DNA of 64,000 bases from Dehalococcoidia bacterium (GTDB lineage Bacteria > Chloroflexota > Dehalococcoidia > UBA2979), in the NCBI GenBank assembly GCA_041674525.1, contig JBAYVN010000001.1, positions 24,224-88,223 on the forward strand, given 5' to 3'. Below are positions 1-10,357 of this stretch, in pieces (position 1 is the first letter of the stretch; the number at the start of each line of letters is the position of its first letter). The notes beneath the pieces are model-generated. The model was not told where the DNA came from, searched no databases, and saw only the letters and a list, made by a program, of their open reading frames with translations. The position numbers and the translations under genes were made by a program.

Positions 1-107
1 ATGAACGACACCAGCCGCTGCATCGATTCCAGGTCCAGCGACTCGTCATCGTGGAACGGAGTCGCGAGGATCGGGAAGACGCCGCGGAAGTTGGTTGTGG
101 GAGCCAT
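1..107 (-). CDS. Dihydrodipicolinate synthase (DapA) family protein, N-terminal 35 aa only (gene runs off window start)
   Basis: Reverse-strand translation from ATG at 107-105 gives MAPTTNFRGVFPILATPFHDDESLDLESMQRLVSF, typical DapA-family N-terminus; GAGGG Shine-Dalgarno 8 nt upstream; not in ORF track because <60 aa. Confidence 0.5.
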   Translation of the reverse strand, partial: MAPTTNFRGVFPILATPFHDDESLDLESMQRLVSF

Positions 108-209
108 GTGCAACCCTCAGTCAATGGCGCGGGCAAGCGATCCCGCGCGGCTGGGCAGGTGGAGCAGGCAGTGTACCGCGCACCACCGCGGGCCGCGGCC
201 TCGTCCCGC

Positions 210-1136
210 CTAGTCCAGGGCGTGCGCGACCGGGATCACCGTCTCGATGAGGCGGCGGGTCTGATCGACGATATCGTCGTCGCCGTCACCCAGGGGGCGG
301 AGGACGAACTTGGAGACGCCCGCCGCGCGGAAGGCGCGGACACGATCCAGGATGTCCTGCTCGTCGCCCACGGCCAGGTAGTCGCGCGGGTCACCTCCGC
401 CGGGGCGCCGGGTGATGGCGGCGGCGGCACGTTGCGCGGGGGCGTCGTCCATGCTGCCGAAGCGGAAGGCGAACCCGGCGCCGTAATGGTCGTCGTCGAT
501 GGTGCGCCCCGCCTCGACCGCGGCGGCGCGGATCGCGGCGACCACCGGCGCGACCTGGCCCGGCGTCTGGTTGCCGCCGAGCCACCCCGTGCCGAGGCGT
601 GCGGTGCGACGGATCGCCGCCGGGCTGGACCCGCCGATCCACATCGGCAGCTGGCGCTGCACCGGCAGCGGCGCGATGCGCGCCTCCGTGTAGCGGTAGT
701 GCGCGCCGTGGTGCGTCACCGCCTCGCCGGCCCACAGCCGCGCGATGATCGAGAGCGCCTCGTCGGAGCGAGCGCCCCGGTGGCTGCCGTCGCGGCCGGT
801 CGCCTGCCACTCCGGCGCCGCGTCGGCGCCGACGCCGAACGCCGGCAGGAACCGGCCGCCGCTGATGAAGTCGATGGTCGCGCACTGCTTGGCGACGACG
901 AGCGGATCGCGCGTGGGGAGGACCAGCACGTTCATGCCGAACTTCAGGCGCGCCGTCCCCCCGGCCAGCGCGGCGAGCGCCGTCAGCGGCTCCATGAACG
1001 GCTCCGCGGACACGAGGCGATCGTTCTGCCAGATGGAGTCCACACGGCTGTCCTCGCAGACCTCGACCCAGCGCCACATGGCGCGCGGGGAGGAGAAGGG
1101 GAACAGGGCCATGCTGAGCCCGATGCGGACGGTCAT
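210..1136 (-). CDS. LLM-class (luciferase-like) F420/flavin-dependent oxidoreductase
   Basis: Internal start MTVRIGLSMALFPFS... of the 210..2300 ORF; the upstream 1137..2300 part is Arg/Gly-rich junk antisense to corA; TIM-barrel LLM motifs (KFGMNVLVLPTRDP, SGGRF, RLWAGE). Confidence 0.75.
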   Translation of the reverse strand: MTVRIGLSMALFPFSSPRAMWRWVEVCEDSRVDSIWQNDRLVSAEPFMEPLTALAALAGGTARLKFGMNVLVLPTRDPLVVAKQCATIDFISGGRFLPAFGVGADAAPEWQATGRDGSHRGARSDEALSIIARLWAGEAVTHHGAHYRYTEARIAPLPVQRQLPMWIGGSSPAAIRRTARLGTGWLGGNQTPGQVAPVVAAIRAAAVEAGRTIDDDHYGAGFAFRFGSMDDAPAQRAAAAITRRPGGGDPRDYLAVGDEQDILDRVRAFRAAGVSKFVLRPLGDGDDDIVDQTRRLIETVIPVAHALD

Positions 1137-1334
1137 CTCGTGCGCTCCCTGCCCCGGCGCCGCGAAACGCTCGCCCATCCCGGGGCCGCATCGTACCCGA
1201 TCGCCCGCGATCTGTTGCGCGGCGGACGCGCGGCCCGGGCCCTCCCTCCCGGCCGCACGAGGGTGCACACTCGTGGGGGGCCGCGCGCCTGAACCGGGGC
1301 GCCCGGTGCCGCGAGAGCGCCGCGAGGGAGCCGC

Positions 1335-2312
1335 ATGTCCGCGATACAGACCCGCGTCTATTGCAACGGCGCGCTGGATGCCTCCGGCTTTCCGCTCGAC
1401 GAGGTGTCCGAGCACCTCGCGCGGCCGGGCGCCTTCGTCTGGGTGGACTTCCTGGACCCGGACCGGGCGGACCTCGAGCGGCTCGCGGACGAGCTCGACC
1501 TGCACGAGCTGGCGGTGGACGACGCGCTGGGACCGCACCAGCGGCCCAAGCTCGATCGCTATGAGACGCACCTCTTCCTGTCGACGCACTGGATCGCCGT
1601 CGACCCGGAGGAGGCCGAACTGCGTGACACGGAGGTGGACGCCTTCGTCAACGCGCGCTGGATCGTGACGGTGCGCAAGAACGCGGGCTTCGATGTCCGC
1701 ACGGTGACCGAGCGCTGGGACCGTTCGCCCGACCTCGCGGCGCACGGGGTCAGCTTCCTGCTCTACGGGCTGCTGGACGTGATCGTGGACGGCTACTTCG
1801 AGGCGGTGCAGGCGTTCGACGAGTACTACGACGAGGTGAGCGAGGGGATCTTCTCCGAGCGGCCCCTGAGTCCCCCGGAGCAGCGCCGCTGGTTCCAGAT
1901 GCGGCAGGCGCTCGTGCGCTTCCACCGCCTCGTCGTCCCCATGCGCGAGGCGGTGAGCTCGCTGATGCGCCGCGAGCACTCGGTGGTCGCGGAGGACCTC
2001 TACCCGTACTACCAGGACGTGTACGACCACGTGCTTCGCGTCTCGGAGTCCACGGATGCGCTCCGCGACCTGGTCAGCACGATCGTGGAGACCAACATCT
2101 CGCTGCGCGACTACCGCCAGAACCAGATCATGAAGAAGGCGACCAGCTGGGCCGCGATCATCGCCGTACCGACGCTGATCACCGGGTTCTACGGGATGAA
2201 CGTCCCCTATCCTGGGTTCGGCGAGGGTTGGGGTGTCCTGACCTCCGTCGGGCTGACCGCCGGAATCTCCACCGCCCTCTTCGTGCTCTTCCGGCGCCAC
2301 GAGTGGCTGTAA
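1335..2312 (+). CDS. corA: Magnesium/cobalt transporter CorA
   Basis: 325 aa; C-terminal two TM helices with YGMNV (GMN) signature; GAGGGAG Shine-Dalgarno upstream of ATG. Confidence 0.85.
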   Translation: MSAIQTRVYCNGALDASGFPLDEVSEHLARPGAFVWVDFLDPDRADLERLADELDLHELAVDDALGPHQRPKLDRYETHLFLSTHWIAVDPEEAELRDTEVDAFVNARWIVTVRKNAGFDVRTVTERWDRSPDLAAHGVSFLLYGLLDVIVDGYFEAVQAFDEYYDEVSEGIFSERPLSPPEQRRWFQMRQALVRFHRLVVPMREAVSSLMRREHSVVAEDLYPYYQDVYDHVLRVSESTDALRDLVSTIVETNISLRDYRQNQIMKKATSWAAIIAVPTLITGFYGMNVPYPGFGEGWGVLTSVGLTAGISTALFVLFRRHEWL

Positions 2313-2355
2313 CGCGCGGCGAACGTCCGAGGCGCGGCGGCGGAACCCGGCGCGC

Positions 2356-3282
2356 CTAGACCGGGCGCGACTCCGTGGCGTCGAGGCGGCGCCGGGCCTC
2401 GGCGACCACGTCCGCCGGCAGCGGGCCCTTCTCCGCGATCTCGACGTTGCTGCGAACGTGCGCCACGTCCCGCGTCCCCACGATGGTGGTGTCCAGGTCC
2501 GGGTTCGACAGGGTGAAGCGCAGCGTGAACTCGATGCGGCTCATCCCGTCCAGGAGCTCGTCCAGCCTGCCCTGCTCCCAGCGGTCGCGCGGGGCCGACC
2601 CGGGGAGCATGTAGTACGCGCGGTGCTCCCAGTCCGCGGGCGTGCCGCGCGCCGCGCCACCTCGAATGGCGATGCCCGCACCCGCCGCCGAGGCCTCCGC
2701 GATGACCTGCTCGTGCTCGCGCTGGATCACCGAGTACGGGATCTGGAACTCGTCGAACACGCCCATGGCGATGTGATCACGGAGTTCGGGGATGGTGCCG
2801 GACATGCCGATGAACCGCACTTTGCCCTCGCGCTGCAGCGCCTGCAGCTCGGCGAGCGCGCCCTCCGCCTCCAGCACGGCCCGCGAGGGGCTCTGGTGGA
2901 ACTGCACGAGGTCCAGGTACTCCGTCTGCATGCGGCGCAGGCTCTGCTCCACCGCGGCGCGCACGTTGGCGGCGGTGAAGATGTGCTCGTTGGCCGCCCC
3001 CGTCGCGAATCCCTCGGCGGCGCAGCCGCACTTCGAGGCGAGGAAGTACTCCGCCCGGCGGTGCGCGATGAAGCGCCCGATGAGCTCCTCGCTGCGCCCG
3101 TAGTCCGGCGAGGTGTCGATGAAGTTGATGCCCGCGTCCAGGACGGCGTTGAGCACGTCGCGGGCCGTCTCGTCGGTGATCTCCGGGCCACGAGGCGCGC
3201 CCCGCAACTCCATGGCGCCGAAGCCGAGCTTCGTCACCTCCAGGCCCGTGCGTCCCAGCGTGGTGCGCGGCAAGTCCGCCAT
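2356..3282 (-). CDS. Aldo/keto reductase family oxidoreductase
   Basis: 308 aa; GFGAMELRG, INFIDTSPDYG, IGMSG motifs of AKR superfamily. Confidence 0.85.
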   Translation of the reverse strand: MADLPRTTLGRTGLEVTKLGFGAMELRGAPRGPEITDETARDVLNAVLDAGINFIDTSPDYGRSEELIGRFIAHRRAEYFLASKCGCAAEGFATGAANEHIFTAANVRAAVEQSLRRMQTEYLDLVQFHQSPSRAVLEAEGALAELQALQREGKVRFIGMSGTIPELRDHIAMGVFDEFQIPYSVIQREHEQVIAEASAAGAGIAIRGGAARGTPADWEHRAYYMLPGSAPRDRWEQGRLDELLDGMSRIEFTLRFTLSNPDLDTTIVGTRDVAHVRSNVEIAEKGPLPADVVAEARRRLDATESRPV

Positions 3283-3492
3283 GTTCTGGCTCCCGTTCAG
3301 TCCTGTGCTGCGTGACGGTCGTGATGGGCGCGAGAGGCGCCCGGATCAGTGTACGCACAGTGGCGCGCACGCACCTCGCGCGCTGCCACCGGAGCCGCTG
3401 CCGGCACCCGGGGTTGCTGCTATCGTGCGGCCATCGCCGCTCGATCGCGGGCGGGTCGCCCGCACATCGACGCTCGCCGGGAGGAACCGCCC

Positions 3493-4359
3493 ATGCCGTA
3501 CCGCGCCGAGAGACTGGCCGAGCTGCGGGACGACACGCGGGACCTGCTTCGCGGGGCCATCGACGTCCACGCGCACTGGTCGCCGGATCCGTTCGCGGAG
3601 CGGCGGATGGACGCGCGCGCGCTGGTGCACGCAGCGCGCGACGCGGGGATGGCGGGCATCGTGCTGAAGAGCCACGAGCTGCCCTCGCAGGTGCTCGCGT
3701 GGGCGTTGCAGCCCGAGGTACCGGAGACCCGCCTGTACGGGGCCGTGGTGCTGGATCACGCGGTGGGCGGGCTGAACCCGGACGCGCTGGACGCCGCGCT
3801 GCGCATCGGCACCCGCGTCGTCTGGTTTCCCACCTTCGACAGCGCGTGGTCGCACGATCACTTCGGGCGGTGGAATGCGCGCGCCGCGGCGATCACGATC
3901 CTCGATGACGGCGGGCTGCGGCCGGTGTGCCACGAGCTCCTCGACCTGATCGCGGAGCACGGCGCCACGCTCTGCAGCGGCCACCTGTCCCCGGCGGAGA
4001 CGCTCGCCCTCGTGCGGGAGTCGAGGCGCCGCGGCATCCGCTCTATCGTGTCGCACGCGACGCCGTTCGGGATCCCGCTGGCGGTCCAGCAGGAGCTCGC
4101 GAGCCTCGGCGCGTTCGTGGAGCAGGCGGGCACCAACTCCTTCCGCGCGGGCGGCGACGAGGCGGCGGCAGCCATGATCGCGGATGTGCGCGCAGTCGGC
4201 CCGGAGCGCGTGATCCTGTCGACGGACCTCGGACAGGCCACCAATCCGCCGGCGCCCGCGGGCTTCGGCTCGTGGATGGAGCGCTTCCTCGATGCCGGGT
4301 TCTCCAACGCCCAGGTGCGCCGCATGGTGCAGGCGAACCCCGCCGAGGCGCTCGGGTAA
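3493..4359 (+). CDS. Amidohydrolase-family metal-dependent hydrolase (TIM barrel)
   Basis: Start MPYRAERL with GGGAGG Shine-Dalgarno; IDVHAHW metal-binding motif; upstream 3349..3492 of the ORF is low-complexity and was treated as non-coding. Confidence 0.65.
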   Translation: MPYRAERLAELRDDTRDLLRGAIDVHAHWSPDPFAERRMDARALVHAARDAGMAGIVLKSHELPSQVLAWALQPEVPETRLYGAVVLDHAVGGLNPDALDAALRIGTRVVWFPTFDSAWSHDHFGRWNARAAAITILDDGGLRPVCHELLDLIAEHGATLCSGHLSPAETLALVRESRRRGIRSIVSHATPFGIPLAVQQELASLGAFVEQAGTNSFRAGGDEAAAAMIADVRAVGPERVILSTDLGQATNPPAPAGFGSWMERFLDAGFSNAQVRRMVQANPAEALG

Positions 4360-4424
4360 CGCCTCGTGACCGCCCGGGCGATGGCACACGCGCTGCCGCG
4401 ACCGGCCCGCGCTATGCTCGCGGC

Positions 4425-6251
4425 GTGAGCACGCGCCTCGCGCCGTTCCCCCGCCGCTCGCGTCGCATCGGCGGCGCGCTGCTGGTTGCACTCCTCCTCG
4501 CCGGGATGTCCCTCGCGCTACTGACGCGCGCGGCCACCGCTGCCGGCGAGCGCATCCTCTCGTACACCATCGACGCCACGGTCGAGGCGACCGGCGACGT
4601 GCTGTTCCAGGAGGCGATCGTCTACGACTTCGACGGTGCGAGCCGCCACGGGATCTACCGCGACGTGATCACCGGGCAACGCTTCGACGACCGGTACGAC
4701 CGCGCGTATGAGCTCGAGGTGCTCTCGGTCACCTCGCCGTCGCCGGGGACCCCGGCCACGTTCACGCTGGAGGATCTCGGCGGGACGACGCGCATCAAGA
4801 TCGGCGACCCGGATCGGACCGTCACCGGGGTGCATACGTACCTGGTGACGTACCGCCTGCGCGGCACGCTCAACGGCTTCCCCGATCACGACGAGCTGTA
4901 CTGGAACATCATCGGCCACGACTGGGCGGTGCCCATCGAGCGCGCCGCCGTGACAGTGCGCGCGCCGCGGGCCCCCACGAAGGTCGCGTGCTTCGCCGGT
5001 CCCGATGGTTCCGCCGCCCCCTGCGCGCAGGCGGCGGTCGAGGGCGATCACGCCGTGTTCGCCGCCGCCGGCCTCGACGCGTACGAGGGGATGACGATCG
5101 TCGTGGCGCTGCCGAAGGGCGCGGTGCCCCAGCCCGCACCGATCCTGCGGGAGCGCTGGAGCGCCGCGCGCGCATTCGCTGTGGACACGCCCCGCATCGT
5201 GCTGATGGCCGTCGTGCTGCTCGCGGTAGTCGCCGGGGTCGCGCGCCTCGTCTGGATCATCGGGCGCGACCGCCAGTGGCGAGGTCAGCCGGTGGCCGCG
5301 ATCCCGGCCGCCGCGAACGACGTGGAGGACCGCGTGCCGTTGATGGGCGGCGCGGTCACCCCCACGGAGTACCTGCCCCCTGAGGGCATGCGCCCCGGCC
5401 TGGTCGGGACGGTGGTGGACGAGGTCGCGCACCCGCTGGACGTGAGCGCGACGATCGTCGATCTCGCCGTGCGCGGCTACCTCCGCATCGAGGAGATCGA
5501 GGTGTCCGGGTGGTTCGGTTCCACCGACTGGAAGCTGACGCGACTGAAGCCATCGCAGGGGCTGGAAGCGTACGAGACTCTGCTGATGGACGGGCTCTTC
5601 GAGGACGGCGACGAGGTGAAATTCTCCGACCTCCGCCAGCACTTCGCGACGCGCATGGCGAACGTGCAGTCCGCGCTCTACCGGCGGATGGTGGAGCGCG
5701 GCTGGTACCGCCGGAGCCCGAAGGACGCGCGTGCGCTGTGGCTCGGCCTGGGCTTCGGCGCGCTCGCCGGGTCGATCGCGCTGTGCGTCGCGACGGCCGC
5801 CTTCACCACGCTGGGGATCGTCCCGCTGCCGCTGGTGCTCGGCGCCCTGGTGCTGCTCGCGCTGCATGGGCGCATGCCCGCGCGCACTGCCACCGGCACC
5901 GCGACGTACCGCAGGGTGCTGGGCTTCCGCCGGTTCATCGTCGAGGCGGAGACGAACCGCGCGCGCTTCGCGGAGCAGGCCGGACTGTTCTACGAGTACC
6001 TGCCGTACGCGATCGTGTTCGGCGCGACGGAGCAGTGGGCGCGCGCCTTCGAGGGGCTCGCGCTGCCGGCACCGGACTGGTACGTGTCGTCCCACCCATT
6101 CACCACGCTGGCGCTGGCGGGCGCGATGAGCGACTTCTCCGATCGCAGCGTCGGCGCGCTGACCTCGACGCCCGGCGGTTCCGGGGGCAGCGGCTTCTCG
6201 GGCGGCTTCTCGGGCGGCGGTGGTGGTGGAGGCGGTGGCGGATCGTGGTAG
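4425..6251 (+). CDS. DUF2207 domain-containing membrane protein
   Basis: GTG start in frame after amidohydrolase stop; N-terminal signal/TM, central TM cluster, characteristic C-terminal GGSGGSGFSGGFSGGGGGGGGGGSW tail; alternative ATG start at 4506. Confidence 0.6.
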   Translation: MSTRLAPFPRRSRRIGGALLVALLLAGMSLALLTRAATAAGERILSYTIDATVEATGDVLFQEAIVYDFDGASRHGIYRDVITGQRFDDRYDRAYELEVLSVTSPSPGTPATFTLEDLGGTTRIKIGDPDRTVTGVHTYLVTYRLRGTLNGFPDHDELYWNIIGHDWAVPIERAAVTVRAPRAPTKVACFAGPDGSAAPCAQAAVEGDHAVFAAAGLDAYEGMTIVVALPKGAVPQPAPILRERWSAARAFAVDTPRIVLMAVVLLAVVAGVARLVWIIGRDRQWRGQPVAAIPAAANDVEDRVPLMGGAVTPTEYLPPEGMRPGLVGTVVDEVAHPLDVSATIVDLAVRGYLRIEEIEVSGWFGSTDWKLTRLKPSQGLEAYETLLMDGLFEDGDEVKFSDLRQHFATRMANVQSALYRRMVERGWYRRSPKDARALWLGLGFGALAGSIALCVATAAFTTLGIVPLPLVLGALVLLALHGRMPARTATGTATYRRVLGFRRFIVEAETNRARFAEQAGLFYEYLPYAIVFGATEQWARAFEGLALPAPDWYVSSHPFTTLALAGAMSDFSDRSVGALTSTPGGSGGSGFSGGFSGGGGGGGGGGSW

Positions 6252-6302
6252 GCGCGCGGGATACGAGCGCCGGGGCCGGCACGCGTGAATGAAGGAGATC
6301 CC

Positions 6303-7634
6303 ATGAACCCCACTCGCTCGCTCGCCGAGTTCGTTGCCGACACCCGCGACGTGCCGCGGTTCGCCATCGACGAGGCGAAGCGCACGCTCATCAACGTGAT
6401 CGCGATCTCGATCTCGGCGTCGGAGCACTCCTCCTCGAGGCGCCTCGTGGCGTGGGCGCGGGCGGAGGGGGCGACGCCGCGCAGCACGGTCATCGGCAGC
6501 GACCTGCGCACCAGCCCCGCGCTGGCGGCGCAGGTCAACGGCTTCCTCGCGCACCTCCAGGATTACGACGACACGCACTTCCCCACGGTGCTGCACCCCA
6601 GCGCGCCCACGTGGCCGGCGGTGCTCGCCGCCGCCGAAGAGCGGGGCGCCAGCGGCCTGGACACCCTGGTTGCCTTCGCGCTGGGCGAGGAGGTCGCCTG
6701 CCGGATCGCGATGTCCGTGCACCCGTGGCACTACGACGCGGGCTGGCACATCACCGGCACGGTCGGCGTCTTCGGCGCCGCCGCGGGCGCGGGGCGAGTG
6801 ATGGGGCTGGACGCGGGGGCGCTGGTGAACGCACTGGGCCTGGCCGGGACGCAGGCGAGCGGGGTGCGCGAGGTCTTCGGCACGGACGGCAAGCCGATGC
6901 ACGCGGCGAAGGCGGCCGCCAACGGCTACCAGGCGGCCGACCTCGCGCGGATGGGACACAATGCGGCGCCCGACATCCTCGGCGGACGCCGCGGCTTCTG
7001 GGCCGTACTGTCACCGGGCGGTCACAGCGAGGATGCGCTGCTCGCCGACCTCGGCACGCGCTGGGAGCTGCGGCGGAACGGGCTGAAGCCGTACGCGAAC
7101 GGCGTGGTGTCGCACCCCATCCAGGACGCCGTGATCCGCCTGCGCAACGAGCACGCGCTCACCCCGGACGCCGTCACCCGGATCGAGGCGCGCGTCTGCC
7201 CGCTGGTGCTCGAGCTGATGAACCGTCCCGACCCGCACGCGGGCCTGGAGGGCAAGTTCTCGTTCCAGCACTGCGCGGCGGCTGCGCTGGTGGACGGCGC
7301 CGGGCACGATGCCCAGTTCACGGACGCGCGCGTGGCGGACCCGGTGATCGCCGCCGTCCGCGCCCGGGTCTCCGCGGTGGTCGATCCCGCGATCCCCGAG
7401 CACGAGGCGTACGTCACGATCACGCTCACCGACGGCCGGCAGGTCGCCACCCACGTCGAGCACGCCTCGGGGTCGCCGGAGAATCCGCTGCCGGACGCCG
7501 TGCTGGACCAGAAGTTCCGCGCGCTGGTGGAACCCGTGTACGGTCCCGCCCGCGCGGCGCGACTCCTGGATGCCGCGCGCAACCTCGATGGCGCGGCGGG
7601 GATCGGCGAACTCCTCGCGCTCGCGGCGCGCTAG
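6303..7634 (+). CDS. MmgE/PrpD family protein (2-methylcitrate dehydratase-like)
   Basis: 443 aa; GAAGGAG Shine-Dalgarno 7 nt before ATG at 6303; PrpD-family architecture. Confidence 0.8.
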   Translation: MNPTRSLAEFVADTRDVPRFAIDEAKRTLINVIAISISASEHSSSRRLVAWARAEGATPRSTVIGSDLRTSPALAAQVNGFLAHLQDYDDTHFPTVLHPSAPTWPAVLAAAEERGASGLDTLVAFALGEEVACRIAMSVHPWHYDAGWHITGTVGVFGAAAGAGRVMGLDAGALVNALGLAGTQASGVREVFGTDGKPMHAAKAAANGYQAADLARMGHNAAPDILGGRRGFWAVLSPGGHSEDALLADLGTRWELRRNGLKPYANGVVSHPIQDAVIRLRNEHALTPDAVTRIEARVCPLVLELMNRPDPHAGLEGKFSFQHCAAAALVDGAGHDAQFTDARVADPVIAAVRARVSAVVDPAIPEHEAYVTITLTDGRQVATHVEHASGSPENPLPDAVLDQKFRALVEPVYGPARAARLLDAARNLDGAAGIGELLALAAR

Positions 7635-8419
7635 GCCCCCTCGCGCACCACGGGATTGCGCAGCACGCCGATGCCGGGGACCTCGATCTCGACGACGTCG
7701 CCGTGCGCGATGTTCTTCGTGGGGCCGTCCGTGCCCATCCACAGCACGTCGCCGGGGTGCAGGGTCAGGTACTGGCTCATGCGGCTGATGTACTCGCGCA
7801 CCCCGAAGATGGCGTCGCCCACGCGGTACGTGTACATGGAGCGGCCATTCACGCGGATGGTCACCTGCAGGTCGTCAGGCTCGAGGCCCGTCTCGATCCA
7901 CGGGCCCATCGGCTTGAAGGTGTCCGTGTTCTTCGCGCGCCAGAGCGTGCGGTCGGCGCGCTGCCACGATCGCTCGCTCACGTCGTTGCCGATCGTGTAG
8001 CCGAGCACGTAGTCCAGCGCCTCCGCCTCCGCCACGCGGTGGCACGTGCGTCCGAAGACCACCACGAGCTCGCCCTCGTACTGCACCTCGTCCGTGGCGT
8101 CCGAGGGGATGACGATGGGCTCGCCGTCCGCGACCAGGGCGTTGTTGGCGCGGTATCCCACGTCCGCGTGTGGCGGGAACTGCGGCTGCTCGCCACGCAG
8201 CCTCGCCATCTCGGTGACGTGCTCGCGGTAGTTCACGCCGGCGGCGTAGAACGTCGGCGGGACCACGGGCACCAGCAGCCGCACGTCCGCCAGCGGATGC
8301 GTCTCGAAGGTACGCCGGTGATCGCCGAATGGCGTGCCCTGCATGGCCACCACGAGGCCGTCCTCGATCACCCCGTAACGCGCCTCGTTCTGTCCCCACT
8401 GGAATCGACACCATCGCAT
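7631..8419 (-). CDS. Fumarylacetoacetate hydrolase (FAH) family protein
   Basis: 262 aa; FAH-fold motifs (YEGELVVVFG, GTIGNDVSER, PGDVLWMGT); 4-nt convergent overlap with the prpD-like gene. Confidence 0.8.
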   Translation of the reverse strand: MRWCRFQWGQNEARYGVIEDGLVVAMQGTPFGDHRRTFETHPLADVRLLVPVVPPTFYAAGVNYREHVTEMARLRGEQPQFPPHADVGYRANNALVADGEPIVIPSDATDEVQYEGELVVVFGRTCHRVAEAEALDYVLGYTIGNDVSERSWQRADRTLWRAKNTDTFKPMGPWIETGLEPDDLQVTIRVNGRSMYTYRVGDAIFGVREYISRMSQYLTLHPGDVLWMGTDGPTKNIAHGDVVEIEVPGIGVLRNPVVREGA

Positions 8420-8573
8420 CGGCGGTCTCCTTCGCGGTCAGCCGCTCGCGCGCACCGGTGGGCGAACGCCGGGCGAATCTGAGCGTTGAAACATTGGGCA
8501 CGTCGCGTTTACGGATCAGCACGTGCCGTATGCCATCATGCAAGTCTCTCCCCGCGGAGCAAGGTGGAATGGC

Positions 8574-9860
8574 ATGTTCCAGCGAACTTCCTCCCGGCGG
8601 CGCTTTCTCGCGGGGATCGGGGGCGGGGCCGCCGCGCTCGGGCTGCGCTCGATCGCCTCTGCTGCCAGCGCCCCGCCGCTCGCGGGTGCGGGGTCGCGCG
8701 CCTCGGACCTTCCGGCGCGCGTGGCTGGCGCCCTCCCGTCGAGCCATCTCGCGTGGGTCTGGCAATTCAACCAGGACGGCGAGCCGGAGCGTATCCGCGC
8801 GAGTCTGGCCGCGCACGGCCTCGGCATCGCGCTGAAGACGCACGACGGCACGGAGTGGATGTCGCGCTACGACACCAGTCGCAACGCGGTCTCCGGCCCC
8901 CGGCGCATCGGCGAGCTGGCGAACTTCTTCGAGGCGGGCGGGGTGCCGTTCCACGCATGGTGCGTCGTGCAGGGCACGAACCCCGCGCAGGAGGCGGTGA
9001 TGGCGCACGACGTGCTGAGCAGCGGCGCGCGCAGCCTCTCGATCGACCTCGAGTCGTACCCGGGGTTCTGGCAGGGGTCGATGAACGCGGCGAAGCTGTA
9101 CACGGGCCTGCTCCGGCTCACCCAGCCGGACGCCACGATCATGGTCACGGTGGACGCACGGCCGTGGGAGATCGACCGCATCCCCCTGGACGTCTTCGCG
9201 CCGGCGGCCACGGCGCTCGCGCCACAGGTCTACTGGAGCGACTTCGCCACGCCGCCGAACATCACCAGGTACCGCCTTGCCGGCGCGGATCCCGGCGCGG
9301 CCGGCGTCACGCCCGGCTTCGCGCTGGAGACTGCCGCCCGGAAGCTGAGCGCGTTCGGTCTGCCGATGATGCCCATCGGGCCGGGCCTGATCGCGGACAC
9401 CGAGGCGTGGAAGCAGTTCGTCACGGCCGCGTACGCGCGCGAGATGGAGACGCTCTCCGTGTGGCGCTTCGGCACCACCTCGCCGCGCGTGCTGGAGTTC
9501 CTGCAGGCGAACCCGCCGAGGCTGCGAAGCTACGTCGTGCAGCCCGGGGACACGCTGAGCGGGCTCGCCGCCTCGTGGAAGACGACCGTGGAGGAGATCG
9601 CGAGCGCGAACCGGCTCGCGAACGTCAATATGCTCGTCGTCGGCCAGGTGCTCACGGTGCCCAGGGGCGCCTCGACGGCCATGCTCGCGAACCGCACGCC
9701 CGCGCCAGCCGCACCGAGAGCGACGTACACGGTGCAGCCGGGAGACAGCGTCAGCACGCTCGCGGTGACGTGGAACACCACCTCGCAACGCATCGTGGAC
9801 GCGAACGGACTGGCCAACGCGAACGAGATCCGCATCGGCCAGTCGCTCCGCATCCCCTAG
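8574..9860 (+). CDS. Tat-secreted protein with putative glycoside-hydrolase-like domain and two C-terminal LysM peptidoglycan-binding domains
   Basis: AAGGTGG Shine-Dalgarno; twin-arginine signal SRRRFLAGIGGGAAALGL; two LysM repeats (YVVQPGDTLSGLAASW..., YTVQPGDSVSTLAVTW...). Confidence 0.7.
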   Translation: MFQRTSSRRRFLAGIGGGAAALGLRSIASAASAPPLAGAGSRASDLPARVAGALPSSHLAWVWQFNQDGEPERIRASLAAHGLGIALKTHDGTEWMSRYDTSRNAVSGPRRIGELANFFEAGGVPFHAWCVVQGTNPAQEAVMAHDVLSSGARSLSIDLESYPGFWQGSMNAAKLYTGLLRLTQPDATIMVTVDARPWEIDRIPLDVFAPAATALAPQVYWSDFATPPNITRYRLAGADPGAAGVTPGFALETAARKLSAFGLPMMPIGPGLIADTEAWKQFVTAAYAREMETLSVWRFGTTSPRVLEFLQANPPRLRSYVVQPGDTLSGLAASWKTTVEEIASANRLANVNMLVVGQVLTVPRGASTAMLANRTPAPAAPRATYTVQPGDSVSTLAVTWNTTSQRIVDANGLANANEIRIGQSLRIP

Positions 9861-9873
9861 CGGGGGGCGCCGG

Positions 9874-10236
9874 CTAGAGGACGGTGGACTGGCTGTCGCC
9901 GCGCATGACGGACAGATGGGACATCGGTGAGCCGGTGTCGCCCGCGCCGTGCCAGTGATCCGTCCCCGCCGTGATCAGCACGGAGTCACCGGTGCCGATC
10001 ACGTGCTCGTGCTCGGTGTCCCCCACCTTGCCGATGCCGCTGAGCACCAGCAGCATCTGGTCGCTGGTGTGGCGGTGCATCTTCGTGCGCGCGCCGGCGG
10101 CGAACTGGACGATCGAGGCGGTCACATCCGTCGACCCCTCCGCCACGTTTCGCGCACGGACCTCGCCGATAAAGATGGCGTCGCCGGTGCGATTGATGCT
10201 CTCGCCCTCGCTGGACCGCAGGACCTTCAGGCTCAT
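9874..10236 (-). CDS. Cupin domain protein
   Basis: 120 aa; cupin His cluster (MHRHTSDQMLLVLSG...HWHGA). Confidence 0.65.
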   Translation of the reverse strand: MSLKVLRSSEGESINRTGDAIFIGEVRARNVAEGSTDVTASIVQFAAGARTKMHRHTSDQMLLVLSGIGKVGDTEHEHVIGTGDSVLITAGTDHWHGAGDTGSPMSHLSVMRGDSQSTVL

Positions 10237-10357
10237 GTCTGGCTCCCTTCAACTCGCTCCGGTCGCAGCATCGCCGCATCTCCGCCCGGACTCAAGCGTC
10301 AGCGCCCGGAGCGGGGCGACGACGAGGATCGTGGGGCAGCGGGCGACCTCCCGGCGA

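Noticed and set aside
1137-2300. N-terminal 388 aa of the 696-aa minus-strand ORF 210..2300
   Set aside because: Arg/Gly/Asp low-complexity translation antisense to the well-supported corA gene. Only the C-terminal LLM domain from MTVRIGL is real.
4518-6959. 813-aa minus-strand ORF
   Set aside because: Extremely Arg-rich junk antisense to the DUF2207 and prpD-like genes. Typical high-GC antisense open frame.
7875-9788. 637-aa minus-strand ORF
   Set aside because: Arg/Gly-rich antisense of the FAH and LysM genes. No motifs.
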